Origin: Planctomycetota bacterium
GTDB lineage: Bacteria; Planctomycetota; B15-G4
Length of the DNA: 64,000 nt
Reading direction: 5' to 3'
Assembly: GCA_029259725.1 (NCBI GenBank)
Contig: JAJDER010000013.1
Coordinates: 8,623 to 72,622, forward strand
Part shown: positions 54,939 to 63,609 of the stretch, in pieces
Numbering within the stretch: the stretch's first letter is position 1
Layout of the letters: each line of letters starts with the position of its first letter
Program-made: the position numbers and the translations under genes
Notes under the pieces: generated by a model
The model's input: the letters and a program-made list of their open reading frames with translations, nothing else
Told to the model about the DNA's origin: nothing
Database searches by the model: none

Positions 54939-55687
54939 GACTCGCTCTCCGCCCGGATGCGCTCCACGAAGCGAGCGTAGTCGTCGGGTGTATCGATTCC
55001 CAGGGCATCATGATCCGTCAGGACCACGGCGATGGACAGCCCCAGTTCCAGCGCGCGCAGTTGCTCGAGGCGCTCCCGGCCTTCCAGCGCGGTGGGCGCC
55101 GTCGCGGTGAAGCGCTCGAGCGCGTCGCGACGCCAGCCGTACACGCCGATGTGCAGGTGTGCGCCGAGCGGCTCGCTCCCGTGCGGGATCGGAGCCCGGC
55201 TGAAGTAGAGCGCGCGCAGGCTCTCGGGCGTCGTGCCGCCGGGGACCACCTTGACGTTGTTCTGGTCCAGGTACGCCGCCTGCTCCTCGGCGCGGAAGGG
55301 CCGGGCGAGCGTCGCCAGGTCCTCGTCGCCGGCCTCGAGGCGGGCGATGAGCCGATCGAGGTCGGCCGGGTCCACCTCCGGCTCGTCGCCCTGCACGTTG
55401 AGCAGGACGTCGATGCCGGGCAGGCCGCGGCCCACCTCGGCCACGCGGTCCGAGCCGGAACGGTGGTTCTCGGAAGTCATGGCCGCCTCACCGCCGAAGG
55501 CCACCACGGCGTCGTGGATGCGGATGTCGTCGGTGGCCACGATCACGCGCTCGAGGCGCTGGGCGCGGGAGACCTGCTCCCAGACGTGCCGGATCAGGGG
55601 TCTGCCCGTGTCCGCCAGGAGCGGCTTGCCGGGCAGGCGGGAGCTGGCGAAGCGTGCGGGCAGGACGGCGACGGCCCGAAGGCTCAC
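54935..55687 (-). CDS. kdsB: 3-deoxy-manno-octulosonate cytidylyltransferase (CMP-Kdo synthetase)
   Basis: GTG 55687 overlaps the upstream stop (GTGA). [40 protein letters not shown](R)LEQLRALE. The stop overlaps the pyrG TTG (TTGA). Confidence 0.9.
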   Translation of the reverse strand: MSLRAVAVLPARFASSRLPGKPLLADTGRPLIRHVWEQVSRAQRLERVIVATDDIRIHDAVVAFGGEAAMTSENHRSGSDRVAEVGRGLPGIDVLLNVQGDEPEVDPADLDRLIARLEAGDEDLATLARPFRAEEQAAYLDQNNVKVVPGGTTPESLRALYFSRAPIPHGSEPLGAHLHIGVYGWRRDALERFTATAPTALEGRERLEQLRALELGLSIAVVLTDHDALGIDTPDDYARFVERIRAESES

Positions 55688-56256
55688 GGCCGCCCCCCGC
55701 CCACGATCCTCCGGGACGCGTTGCGCAGGGTCTGTGCTCCTCCCGGGTTCTCCACATACTGCAGCGCGCCGATGCCGCCGTAGTAGTCGTCGAGCAGCAG
55801 CTTCATGTCGGCGAACCGCATGATCTGGTCCGCGGTCGCGCCGGTGACCGGCACGACGAACGAGGCCTGGAGGTCTCCACGGCTCACGCTGACCCAGCCG
55901 CGGGCCAGTTGGGGGGGCGCGCCGGGCTGCGCCGTCTCCGCGAAGCCCAGCCGGTCGAGGTCCGAGAGCAGGGCCCCGATGACCTCGTCCCGGGCCAGCT
56001 TCAGCGTTGCATCGGCCCGCAGCCGCGACGACATGCCGGCGTGGTCCGGGTGGCTCTCGTTCGCCAGGGCGAGGTGCAGGTCGTTCTGGGAGTCGTAGAG
56101 TTCCACGACGACGCGGTCGGTGCCCAGCGTCCCGGTCGACGCGCAGCTTGCCAGCAGCGGCAGGGTGACGGCGGTGAGCAGGATGAAGACGGCACGTAGA
56201 CCGGCAGATCGGGGTGTGACGGTAGCCGAGCGGGGCGGAGCTGGATGGCCGAGCAC
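55684..56256 (-). CDS. Putative lipoprotein, unknown function
   Basis: Lipobox LPLLAS|C after a hydrophobic segment (LRAVFILLTAVTLPLLASCAST). The most plausible start is GTG 56256 (GGAGAG upstream); the longer ORF to 56400 has an Arg/Pro-rich extension. The start is uncertain. Confidence 0.5.
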   Translation of the reverse strand: MLGHPAPPRSATVTPRSAGLRAVFILLTAVTLPLLASCASTGTLGTDRVVVELYDSQNDLHLALANESHPDHAGMSSRLRADATLKLARDEVIGALLSDLDRLGFAETAQPGAPPQLARGWVSVSRGDLQASFVVPVTGATADQIMRFADMKLLLDDYYGGIGALQYVENPGGAQTLRNASRRIVGGGRP

Positions 56257-56385
56257 GAGACTCTCCGGGAGCTGGTGACGCGGGTGGAGTCGGTAGGATG
56301 GGGCCGGCCAAGGCGCGGCTCCCGGTGGACCGGAGGCGCCCCAGGAGTGGGTCTTGCCGGGCTTCCGGCCCAAGCCGTCGAGCCT

Positions 56386-57144
56386 ATGAAAGGCGTTCAA
56401 ACCCTGTCAAGACAAGCAGATACGCTCGATGCGCCGCCGCCGGGGCCGGCTCCGGGTGGCCCGCTGCCCCTGTCCGCGGAAGAGCTCGCCGAGCTGCCGC
56501 GGGAGGTGCTGAAGGACGAGGGTGATCGCAATCCGCTCGTGTCACGGATCGAGGCGCCCGAGGGCCCGCTGGTGTTCAAGACCTGGGAGCCGGAGCGCGG
56601 CGGCCTGCTGCGCTGGTGGGCCGACCTCAATCAGCGCCGCGAGCGCCGTCACTACCTCCTGTTGGCGGACGTGCCCGGCATCCCACGCCTGCACCGGATC
56701 GGGCCCGGAAACGCCTTCGCGGTGGCTTTCATCGAGGGCCAGGATCTCGGTCGGCAGGTCGAGGCGGCCCGACTGGCCGCGGGCTTGGACAGTTTCGAGC
56801 GGCGCCTCGCCGGGATGCACGCCCGCCGTTTCGCCCACCTGGACCTGCATCAGAAGCGCAACGTGCTGATCGACGCAGCCGGTGAGGCCTGGATCATCGA
56901 TCTCGGGCAGGGCCTCGACTGTTCACGCTGGTGGTGCCGCCCGCTGTTCCCGCTGCTGGCCTGGATCGATCGACGCGCGATCGACAAGTTCCGGGCTCGC
57001 TATGCGCCGCAGACCCTCGACCCGGCACGCCGCGATGCTCTCGTCGCTCGCTACGGCGGTCGCCGCCGTCGCCCGGTGCTGCTCTGGATCCGTCGACTGC
57101 TCCGCCGTTACGTCGTCGGGGAAGACCCGCACGCGCGCGATTGA
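56386..57144 (+). CDS. Atypical kinase-fold protein (Kdo/WaaP/RIO-like)
   Basis: ATG 56386. Catalytic-loop-like FAHLDLHQKRNVLID and DFG-like IIDLGQG. Basic C-terminus. Divergent from the lipoprotein-kdsB-pyrG operon. Confidence 0.5.
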   Translation: MKGVQTLSRQADTLDAPPPGPAPGGPLPLSAEELAELPREVLKDEGDRNPLVSRIEAPEGPLVFKTWEPERGGLLRWWADLNQRRERRHYLLLADVPGIPRLHRIGPGNAFAVAFIEGQDLGRQVEAARLAAGLDSFERRLAGMHARRFAHLDLHQKRNVLIDAAGEAWIIDLGQGLDCSRWWCRPLFPLLAWIDRRAIDKFRARYAPQTLDPARRDALVARYGGRRRRPVLLWIRRLLRRYVVGEDPHARD

Positions 57145-57213
57145 ATCGCGCGGGCCCCGCGCATACGATCGCCCCCAGTTGGTTTCGAAGCCTGTGGCGG
57201 TGCTTCGGGGAGG

Positions 57214-58230
57214 GTGAGTTTGACTCGGACAGGGTCTGTCGAGAACGCGATTGTCGTCGGCATCTTTGCGGTCATCGTTGCGATCCTCGGGATCGCGGTG
57301 TGGGGCGCAGGAGGTGACGGAATGCTGGGCCCGGCTGATGGCGGCGGGCTGAGCGACACGGTGTCGGCGCGCGATGTGTCCGGGCCGACGGTCATTCCCC
57401 CTGGTGTGGATGACAAGCTCGCCGAAGCGCAGGCGCGACGTGATGACATCGCGATGCGTCAGCGCGAGGGAGTCGACGAGCTGCTGCGTGACCGTGGTCC
57501 CGGCGGTGGCATGGGCCGCCCGTCGGGACCTGCCGCAGACGGTCGCGGGGGTCAGCCCGGTTCGGAGCGCGGAGCTCTCGCGCAGGGCACCGACCGCGCC
57601 GATCCGCGCGGGCCGGCTGCCGGCGCCGGCGCTTTCCGCGCGGGCAACCCCTCGCTGAGCAACGACGTCCCGGTCCAGGGGCGCGGGCAGGTGCCTCAGG
57701 GGCCCGCCGAGGTCAGCCAGGCCCCGCCTCAGCCCGCCGGGCCCGCCTTCAACCAGGCCGTCGTCAAGGAGGGCGACACGCTCTGGAAGATCGCCAAGCA
57801 GGCGTACGGCGATGGCGATGTCGGCCGCATGGTCGATCTGATCCTCGAGGCCAACCCCGAGGTCGCCGCCGATCTGATCCAGCCGGGGCAGGTGCTGAAG
57901 CTCCCCTCGGCGCTGCCCGCCGGCGTGGTCACCAGGCCGCTGCTCGCGCCCACCGATCCGGTCACCAAGCCGCAGCCCGCGGCCGGCACGCAGCCGGGTG
58001 CGTCGCTGGACGGCACCGTGAAGCCCAGCGGCGAAGCGCCGACGCAGGCGACGACGGGTGACTTCCGCTTCTACGAGGTCCGCGAGGGTGACACGCTCGA
58101 TGCGATCGCCAAGCGCGAGATCGGATCGGACGCCACGTTCCATGACATCTGGGTCCTGAACCGCGAGCGTCTCGAATCGCCCGAGCGGATCTACCCGGGC
58201 CAGACGTTGCGCCTCCCGGCGAAGCGCTGA
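57214..58230 (+). CDS. Membrane-anchored protein with two LysM peptidoglycan-binding domains
   Basis: GTG 57214. N-terminal TM AIVVGIFAVIVAILGIAVW. Low-complexity Gly/Pro region. LysM 1 is VVKEGDTLWKIAKQAYG..QPGQVLKLP and LysM 2 is YEVREGDTLDAIAKREIG..YPGQTLRLP. Confidence 0.8.
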   Translation: MSLTRTGSVENAIVVGIFAVIVAILGIAVWGAGGDGMLGPADGGGLSDTVSARDVSGPTVIPPGVDDKLAEAQARRDDIAMRQREGVDELLRDRGPGGGMGRPSGPAADGRGGQPGSERGALAQGTDRADPRGPAAGAGAFRAGNPSLSNDVPVQGRGQVPQGPAEVSQAPPQPAGPAFNQAVVKEGDTLWKIAKQAYGDGDVGRMVDLILEANPEVAADLIQPGQVLKLPSALPAGVVTRPLLAPTDPVTKPQPAAGTQPGASLDGTVKPSGEAPTQATTGDFRFYEVREGDTLDAIAKREIGSDATFHDIWVLNRERLESPERIYPGQTLRLPAKR

Positions 58231-58245
58231 CGCGAGGAGCAGCCC

Positions 58246-59424
58246 GTGGACGACGAACGCGTCGTCATCGGGCTCATGTCCGGGACTTCCGCTGACGGCA
58301 TCGACGCGGTCGCCGTGTTCCTCGCCGGTGACGACCCGCCGAGCTTGCGTGTCGGTCGGCTGTGTAAGCTCCCGTTCGACGAGGCGTTCCGCGCACGCGT
58401 ACTCGCCGCGCCGGACGCGCGCGCGCCCGAGCTGGCCCTGCTCCACGTCGAACTCGGGCGGCGCTTCGGTGACGCGGCGCGCGCGGCCATGGGCGCCGAG
58501 GGACTCTCGCCCGGCGACGTGCACGCGGTGGCCTGCGCGGGCGTGACCGTCGTGCACCTGCCTCCCGATCCCGACGCGCGCGGTCCCGATGCCGAGGGCG
58601 CGACCCTGGCCCTCGGCGACGGCGACGTGATCGCCGAGCGCAGCGGCTGCCGCGTGGTCTCCGACCTGCGCGCGCGGGACCGGGCGGCGGGGGGGCAGGG
58701 CGCCCCGCTGGTGCCGTTCGCGGACCGGTTGCTGTTGCACGATGCCACCCGGATCCGCGCGGCGCTGAACCTGGGAGGCATCGCCAACCTGACCGTGGTG
58801 CCGCCCGAGGGCGATGTGATCGCTTTCGACACCGGGCCCGGCAACATGCTCATGGACGGCGCGCTCGCGCACCTGAGCGGAGGTAGCCGGCGCTTCGACG
58901 ACGGCGGAGCCCTGGCCCTCGCCGGCCGGATCGACGAGGGCTGGCTGGCTGCGCTGCTGGCCGCCGACGGATTCCTGCGCCTGTCGCCGCCCAAGTCCAC
59001 CGGACGCGAGCGCTACGGCCGGGCCTGGATCGAAGCGCACGCCACCGACCTGGCTGCGCGCGAGTTGCCCGATGTGCTCGCCACGCTGGCCGCCTACACC
59101 GTGCGGACCGTGGCCGAAGCCCTTCAGCGCTGGGCGCCACCTGCCCACCCGTCGGAGTCGCTCGCCTCGTCCCGGCCCGCCGACCTGGTCGTCTCCGGCG
59201 GCGGCGCCCTCAACCACGCGCTGATGCGGGGCCTGCGCCAAGCCCTCCCCGACATCGACGTGACCGACAGCGAGACCACCCTCGGCCTCCCGGTGCTGGC
59301 CAAGGAGGCGGTGGCCTTCGCGCTGCTGGCTGACGCGACCCTGGCCGGCGTGCCCTCCGCGCTGCCCTCCGTCACCGGGGCGCGTCGCGCGGCCGTGCTG
59401 GGAAAGATCAGCCCGGCGCCCTAG
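58246..59424 (+). CDS. anmK: Anhydro-N-acetylmuramic acid kinase
   Basis: GTG 58246. VIGLMSGTSADGIDAV, GQGAPLVPF, LNLGGIANLT, FDTGPGNMLMD, SGGGALN. Confidence 0.9.
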   Translation: MDDERVVIGLMSGTSADGIDAVAVFLAGDDPPSLRVGRLCKLPFDEAFRARVLAAPDARAPELALLHVELGRRFGDAARAAMGAEGLSPGDVHAVACAGVTVVHLPPDPDARGPDAEGATLALGDGDVIAERSGCRVVSDLRARDRAAGGQGAPLVPFADRLLLHDATRIRAALNLGGIANLTVVPPEGDVIAFDTGPGNMLMDGALAHLSGGSRRFDDGGALALAGRIDEGWLAALLAADGFLRLSPPKSTGRERYGRAWIEAHATDLAARELPDVLATLAAYTVRTVAEALQRWAPPAHPSESLASSRPADLVVSGGGALNHALMRGLRQALPDIDVTDSETTLGLPVLAKEAVAFALLADATLAGVPSALPSVTGARRAAVLGKISPAP

Positions 59425-59530
59425 CGGCGTCGCCCTACCGGCGTCGCGGTTGCGCACTCGCCCGGAGCCGGTCATGCTCGCGCGCCGCGCGTCCCCAGCG
59501 CGCACCCACCAGCAGCTTCGGAGCGACGGC

Positions 59531-60391
59531 ATGGACCCGGTGAGCATCGGCGTGATCGGCGGTAGCGGCCTGTACGAGGTCGACGGCCTCACCGACGTGC
59601 AGGAGGTCTTCCCCGACACGCCCTTCGGCAAGCCGTCGGACTCGATCGTGGTCGCGTCGCTGGATGGCGTGCGCCTGGCGTTCCTGCCGCGGCACGGTCG
59701 CGGACACCGCCTGCTGCCGACCGAGGTGCCGAGCCGCGCGAACATCGCCGCGCTCAAGCTCATGGGCGTGCGGAAGATCATCAGCTTCAGCGCCGTGGGC
59801 AGCCTGTGCGAGGAGATGGCGCCGCGCCACTTCGCGGTGCCGACGCAGCTGATCGACCGCACGCGGCACCGGCCCGACACGTTCTTCGGCGAGGGCATCG
59901 TCGGGCACGTGGCCTTCGCCGACCCCTTCGCCAACGACATCGGGCGGATCCTCTACGACTCCATGGGTGAGCTGGACATCACGCGGCATCACGGCGGCAC
60001 GCTGGTGTGCATGGAGGGGCCGCTGTTCAGCACGCGCGCCGAGTCGGAGCTGTACCGCAGCTGGGGCGCGCAGCTGATCAACATGTCGGCCATCCCCGAG
60101 TCCAAGCTCGCGCGCGAGGCCGGCATCGAGTACGGGCTGGTGTGCATGGTCACCGACTACGACTGCTGGCACACCGATCACGAGGACGTCGACATCCAGA
60201 TGGTGCTCGAGACGCTCTCGCTCAACGGGGACCACGCCAAGCACCTGCTCAAGGCCGCGCTGCCGCGGGTGGCGGCGGCTCCGCGCGACGAGGCGATCGC
60301 CAACGCGACGCAGTTCGCGGTGATCACCGCGCCCGAGAAGCGGCCCGCCGAGACCGTCGCGAAGCTCACGGGCATCATCGACGGGCTGTAG
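59531..60391 (+). CDS. mtnP: S-methyl-5'-thioadenosine phosphorylase
   Basis: ATG 59531. IGVIGGSGLY, FLPRHGRGH, SAVGSL, CMEGPLFSTRAES, INMSAIPESKLAREAGI.Y..V..VTDYDCW. Confidence 0.9.
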   Translation: MDPVSIGVIGGSGLYEVDGLTDVQEVFPDTPFGKPSDSIVVASLDGVRLAFLPRHGRGHRLLPTEVPSRANIAALKLMGVRKIISFSAVGSLCEEMAPRHFAVPTQLIDRTRHRPDTFFGEGIVGHVAFADPFANDIGRILYDSMGELDITRHHGGTLVCMEGPLFSTRAESELYRSWGAQLINMSAIPESKLAREAGIEYGLVCMVTDYDCWHTDHEDVDIQMVLETLSLNGDHAKHLLKAALPRVAAAPRDEAIANATQFAVITAPEKRPAETVAKLTGIIDGL

Positions 60392-60554
60392 GGCGCGCGG
60401 AGGGTCGCGGGGCGGTCCACGCGGGGGCCACCCGGCCGGCGGTGCGGCCGGCGGTGCGGTCCGCGGCGCGGGTGGGTCGCGGATTGGCGGGTTGGTGACG
60501 GCGGGTTCGCGCGGACGTCGAGGCGTTACGGTGGGGCTGTTCCGGAGGGCGCCC

Positions 60555-61112
60555 ATGAAGCGACGCGTGGTCCTACTGCTCCTGGCCGCCGTGGCCATCG
60601 CGGTGTCCGTCGACTTCGTCGGCGAGGGACGCGCCGCGGATTCGGCTGAGTCCAGTGCGGACCTGGCGCTGGGCGGTCCTTCCGTCCAAGCGCTGCCCGC
60701 GGACGCCCTGCCCGTGGACGCCCGGCCCGTCGCGGCGGTCGCACCGGTCCGCCCGATCCCGCGCCGGTGGGAGGGCAGCTGGAGCTCGAGCCTGGCCGGC
60801 CTCTTCCACGGCACGCTGCAGACCGAGCTGCCCGATCCCTTCCCGGTCGGCGAGAGCTTCAGCTGCACCGCCACCGTGCGCTACGCCGAGGACAGCCTCT
60901 ATCACCCGGGCAAGTACGACATCTACCGCGTCGAGGGCCGCTACGACCCGGAGGCGAAGGCGGACGCGACCCTGGTGCTCACCGCCGCCAAGGGCGATCA
61001 GGTGCTCACGTTCACGGGCCGGCTGTCGGCCGCCGGCGACACCATCGAGGGGCGCTACTCGTCGAAGGGGCCCTTCGACCGCGGCAGCTTCGAGGCGCGG
61101 CGCGAGCCCTGA
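60555..61112 (+). CDS. Secreted/anchored small protein (185 aa), unknown function
   Basis: ATG 60555 (GGAGGG upstream). N-terminal MKRRVVLLLLAAVAIAVSV. No family recognised. Confidence 0.5.
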   Translation: MKRRVVLLLLAAVAIAVSVDFVGEGRAADSAESSADLALGGPSVQALPADALPVDARPVAAVAPVRPIPRRWEGSWSSSLAGLFHGTLQTELPDPFPVGESFSCTATVRYAEDSLYHPGKYDIYRVEGRYDPEAKADATLVLTAAKGDQVLTFTGRLSAAGDTIEGRYSSKGPFDRGSFEARREP

Positions 61113-61144
61113 ACGCGGCGCGAGCCCTGAACGCGGCGCGAGCC
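61097..61144 (+). repeat. 18-bp direct tandem repeat (2.7 copies) spanning the stop codon of 60555-61112
   Basis: gcggcgcgagccctgaac at 61097-61114 and 61115-61132, then gcggcgcgagcc at 61133-61144. Each full unit contains an in-frame TGA. Confidence 0.9.
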
Positions 61145-61165
61145 GCGGCGCCGCCCTGCGGGCGT

Positions 61166-61324
61166 CTACCTGCGCGCGACCTCGGCCTCACCCGGGGTGC
61201 CGTGGGCTTCGGCCCGACTGCGATCGGCGCCGAGGATCTGGAGCGCGCCGAGGCCCAGGAGCAAGGCCACGACCAGGCCGAGCAGAGGCAGGATCAGGCT
61301 TTCGCTCGTCGGACGGGACATCAT
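61166..61324 (-). CDS. Possible small single-TM protein (52 aa)
   Basis: ATG-ATG at 61324/61321 with GGAG 3-6 nt upstream. TM LILPLLGLVVALLLGLGALQIL. The longer ORF to 61399 starts inside the IS inverted repeat and is rejected. Short, with no homology signal. Confidence 0.25.
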   Translation of the reverse strand: MMSRPTSESLILPLLGLVVALLLGLGALQILGADRSRAEAHGTPGEAEVARR

Positions 61325-61392
61325 CGGCTCCGTGTGGGCGCTCTTCTTCTCGGCAGCGGGCGGGGGCGAGCTGGAGAGAAGGACGGTGCTAG

Positions 61393-63073
61393 CCCGCATC
61401 TCTCACGAGCTGTAGCGAGAGGGTGATTTTGGCGACTGGTCGAGGCTCGGGAGGCGCGGGGCCTCGGTTCGGGTGGGGTTTCAGGCGACTCGGCCGCGAG
61501 CACAGTGGGGCCGAGACCTCAGGCGGTCGAAAAAGCGTCGATCGAGACGGACCTCGCCTGCGACTTGCACCACACGGGGAGCCGGCCGCCTGCTGCGTCA
61601 GCCCGGCGGTCGCACCAGCTGGCCGTGGACGTGAGCGAAGAGGCTCTGATACGGGCAGCCGCTCGCCAGCGAGATCCAGATGCGTCGGGCCGTGATGCGG
61701 ATCCGCGCACCGATCTTCAGCAGCTTGCTGCGGATCGTGTGGCACTGTGCCCTGGCCATCGACGTGCCGGCCAGACCGATGCGGCGCATCGCCGACAGCA
61801 GCAGGTACGCGATCGACGAGAAGAGCAGCCGGTGCCGGTTGGCGCGCATCGTCGCGGCGCTCGTGCGATCGGCGAAGAGATAGTTTTGCTGCTCCTTGAT
61901 GCGGTTCTCCATGTCGCCGCGCGCACAGTAGACCTGCTCGTACAGCGTCTTGCCGTCGATCTCGGTGACGGGCTTGCTGGTCACGATGAAGCGCGGGTTG
62001 CTGCCCTTGTCCAGGTGCTCGGCCTTGGCCACGACACGCCGCGTGCGGCTCCAGCTGTCGAGCGTGCGGTAGCGCAGCTCACGGAAGAAACGGGCCGGCC
62101 TGTCCGTCAGCGCGTGCAGCACCGCGGCGTCCTCGAGCGATCGCTCGATCATGCCCGCAAGACGCGGATTGCGGGCGAGTCCCAGCACGTAGTGCACCTC
62201 GTGCTGCTCGCACCAGGACAGGATCGACTCCCGGCAGAAGCCCGAGTCGGCGCGGATCATGATGCTCGTCGTCGGCCACGCCGCGCGGATCTGACCCACG
62301 ATCCGCTCCAGCTCTTCGACCGAGCCCGCCGCGCCGTCGATGTCGCTGGTGCGCAGGCGCGCGCAGAGCAGGTGCTCGCCGCAGAAGATGTACAGCGGCA
62401 GGTAGCAGTACTCGTCGTAGTAGCCGTGGAAGAAGCGGCCTTCCTGATGACCGTGCAACGGATCGTCCGTTGCGTCGAGATCGAGGATGATCTCCTTCGG
62501 CGGCGCCTCGTGCGCTTCGAGGAAGACATCCACCAGCAAGCGGTCGACGGCGTCTTCGCCGAGCACGATCTTCTTGTAGCGGGCGGCTGCCGTCGCGTCG
62601 GCCGGCGTCAGCTCGAGCCGGTTCAGCGTGCTCTTGCCGGCCAGCGGACGCCGGCCCGGCTCGCTGCGGCCGAGCATCACACCCACCAGCGGGTCGTGGC
62701 GCCACTCGTCGTGATCGACGAGGTCCTCGTACCCGAGGGCCAGCCCGTACACGCGCTGCGAGACCAGCTCCTCGGCCGTGTGCGAGATCCGCGCCGGGTC
62801 GCGGTGATCGGTGAAGCAGGACGCGAATCGACGCAGGATCGATGTCCGTCGCTCGGTGGCCGAGAGCAGCAGCGCGCCGCCGTCGGACGTGATCGTCCCC
62901 CCGTCGAAACGGGCTTCGACCTGACGCCGACCCAGTCGATGAAACAGGTATCCCTGTGCGGTACACTCTGCGCTCAACAGGCTGCCCTCCGTGTGGCTGC
63001 GTAAACGTTGCTTGACACACCGTTTATGCCTACGGGAGCAGCCTGTTTCTATGTCCGTCGTGAGAGATGCGGG
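61393..63073 (-). mobile_element. Intact IS1380-family insertion sequence (1681 bp) with 16-bp perfect terminal IRs and 4-bp CTAG target-site duplication
   Basis: The IR is cccgcatctctcacga at 61393-61408, with its exact reverse complement tcgtgagagatgcggg at 63058-63073. It is flanked by ctag (61389-61392) and ctag (63074-63077). A single transposase ORF fills the element. Size, CC-starting IRs and the 4-bp duplication fit IS1380-family properties. Confidence 0.85.
61598..62977 (-). CDS. IS1380-family DDE transposase
   Basis: 459 aa. TTG 62977 with GGAGGG 7 nt upstream. The N-terminus ..VEARFDGGTITSDGGALLL.., LDLDATDDPLHGHQEG.FFHGYY, YLPLYIF, IRADSGF and YCARGDMENRIKEQ are blocks that I recognise from IS1380/ISEcp1-type transposases. 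Confidence 0.9.
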   Translation of the reverse strand: MSAECTAQGYLFHRLGRRQVEARFDGGTITSDGGALLLSATERRTSILRRFASCFTDHRDPARISHTAEELVSQRVYGLALGYEDLVDHDEWRHDPLVGVMLGRSEPGRRPLAGKSTLNRLELTPADATAAARYKKIVLGEDAVDRLLVDVFLEAHEAPPKEIILDLDATDDPLHGHQEGRFFHGYYDEYCYLPLYIFCGEHLLCARLRTSDIDGAAGSVEELERIVGQIRAAWPTTSIMIRADSGFCRESILSWCEQHEVHYVLGLARNPRLAGMIERSLEDAAVLHALTDRPARFFRELRYRTLDSWSRTRRVVAKAEHLDKGSNPRFIVTSKPVTEIDGKTLYEQVYCARGDMENRIKEQQNYLFADRTSAATMRANRHRLLFSSIAYLLLSAMRRIGLAGTSMARAQCHTIRSKLLKIGARIRITARRIWISLASGCPYQSLFAHVHGQLVRPPG

Positions 63074-63088
63074 CTAGAGTCGGGCGCC

Positions 63089-63505
63089 ATGACAACCGAC
63101 GACACGCCCGCCCGCGTCGACAAGAGCGAGGCCCAGTGGCGCGCCCAGCTCACGCCCGAGCAGTTCCAGGTCACCCGCAAGAGCGGCACCGAGCGCGCCT
63201 TCACGGGCGTGTACTGGGATGCCAAGGAGGCCGGGCTCTACCGCTGTATCTGCTGCGACGCGCCCCTGTTCCGCAGCGAGACCAAGTTCGACAGCGGCAC
63301 CGGCTGGCCCAGCTTCTGGGACATCGCCGAGGGCGGGGCCGTGGTCACCAAGACCGACCGCTCGTGGTTCATGAAGCGCACCGAGGTCCTGTGCGGGCGC
63401 TGTGACGCCCACCTGGGCCACCTCTTCGACGACGGTCCGCAGCCCACCGGGCAGCGCTACTGCATGAACTCGGCGGCGCTGAGGCTGGAGCGGGACGAGG
63501 TCTGA
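63089..63505 (+). CDS. msrB: Peptide-methionine (R)-S-oxide reductase
   Basis: ATG 63089. 138 aa. [10 protein letters not shown], two CxxC zinc pairs (CICC, CGRC), GTGWPSF, and [10 protein letters not shown]...RYCMNS containing the catalytic Cys. Confidence 0.9.
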   Translation: MTTDDTPARVDKSEAQWRAQLTPEQFQVTRKSGTERAFTGVYWDAKEAGLYRCICCDAPLFRSETKFDSGTGWPSFWDIAEGGAVVTKTDRSWFMKRTEVLCGRCDAHLGHLFDDGPQPTGQRYCMNSAALRLERDEV

Positions 63506-63609
63506 GGCCGCGGCAGGACCCGGGCCTGAAGCGGGCCGGGGCCGCGTTCCCGTTGCCCCGGGACCCCGCCACGCGGCACCATGCCGGGCCGCCCCAGGAG
63601 AGCCCGGCC

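Noticed and set aside
56923-59940. 1005-aa minus-strand ORF
   Set aside because: It is antisense to the LysM protein, anmK and mtnP, which carry unambiguous family signatures. Its composition is Arg/Gly/Pro-rich.
61166-61399. 77-aa ORF as annotated in the track
   Set aside because: Its first 25 codons begin inside the IS1380 inverted repeat/target duplication (ATG 61399) and are low-complexity. If anything is real, it is the 52-aa version from ATG 61324, preceded by GGAG.
63001-63088. A clear outward-facing sigma70 promoter in the IS end driving msrB
   Set aside because: TTGACA is present at 63012-63017, but no acceptable -10 hexamer lies 16-18 nt downstream (ggagca). The alternative pair TTATGC-N17-TTCTAT is weak. 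I therefore only raise the question in the IS finding and do not annotate a promoter.
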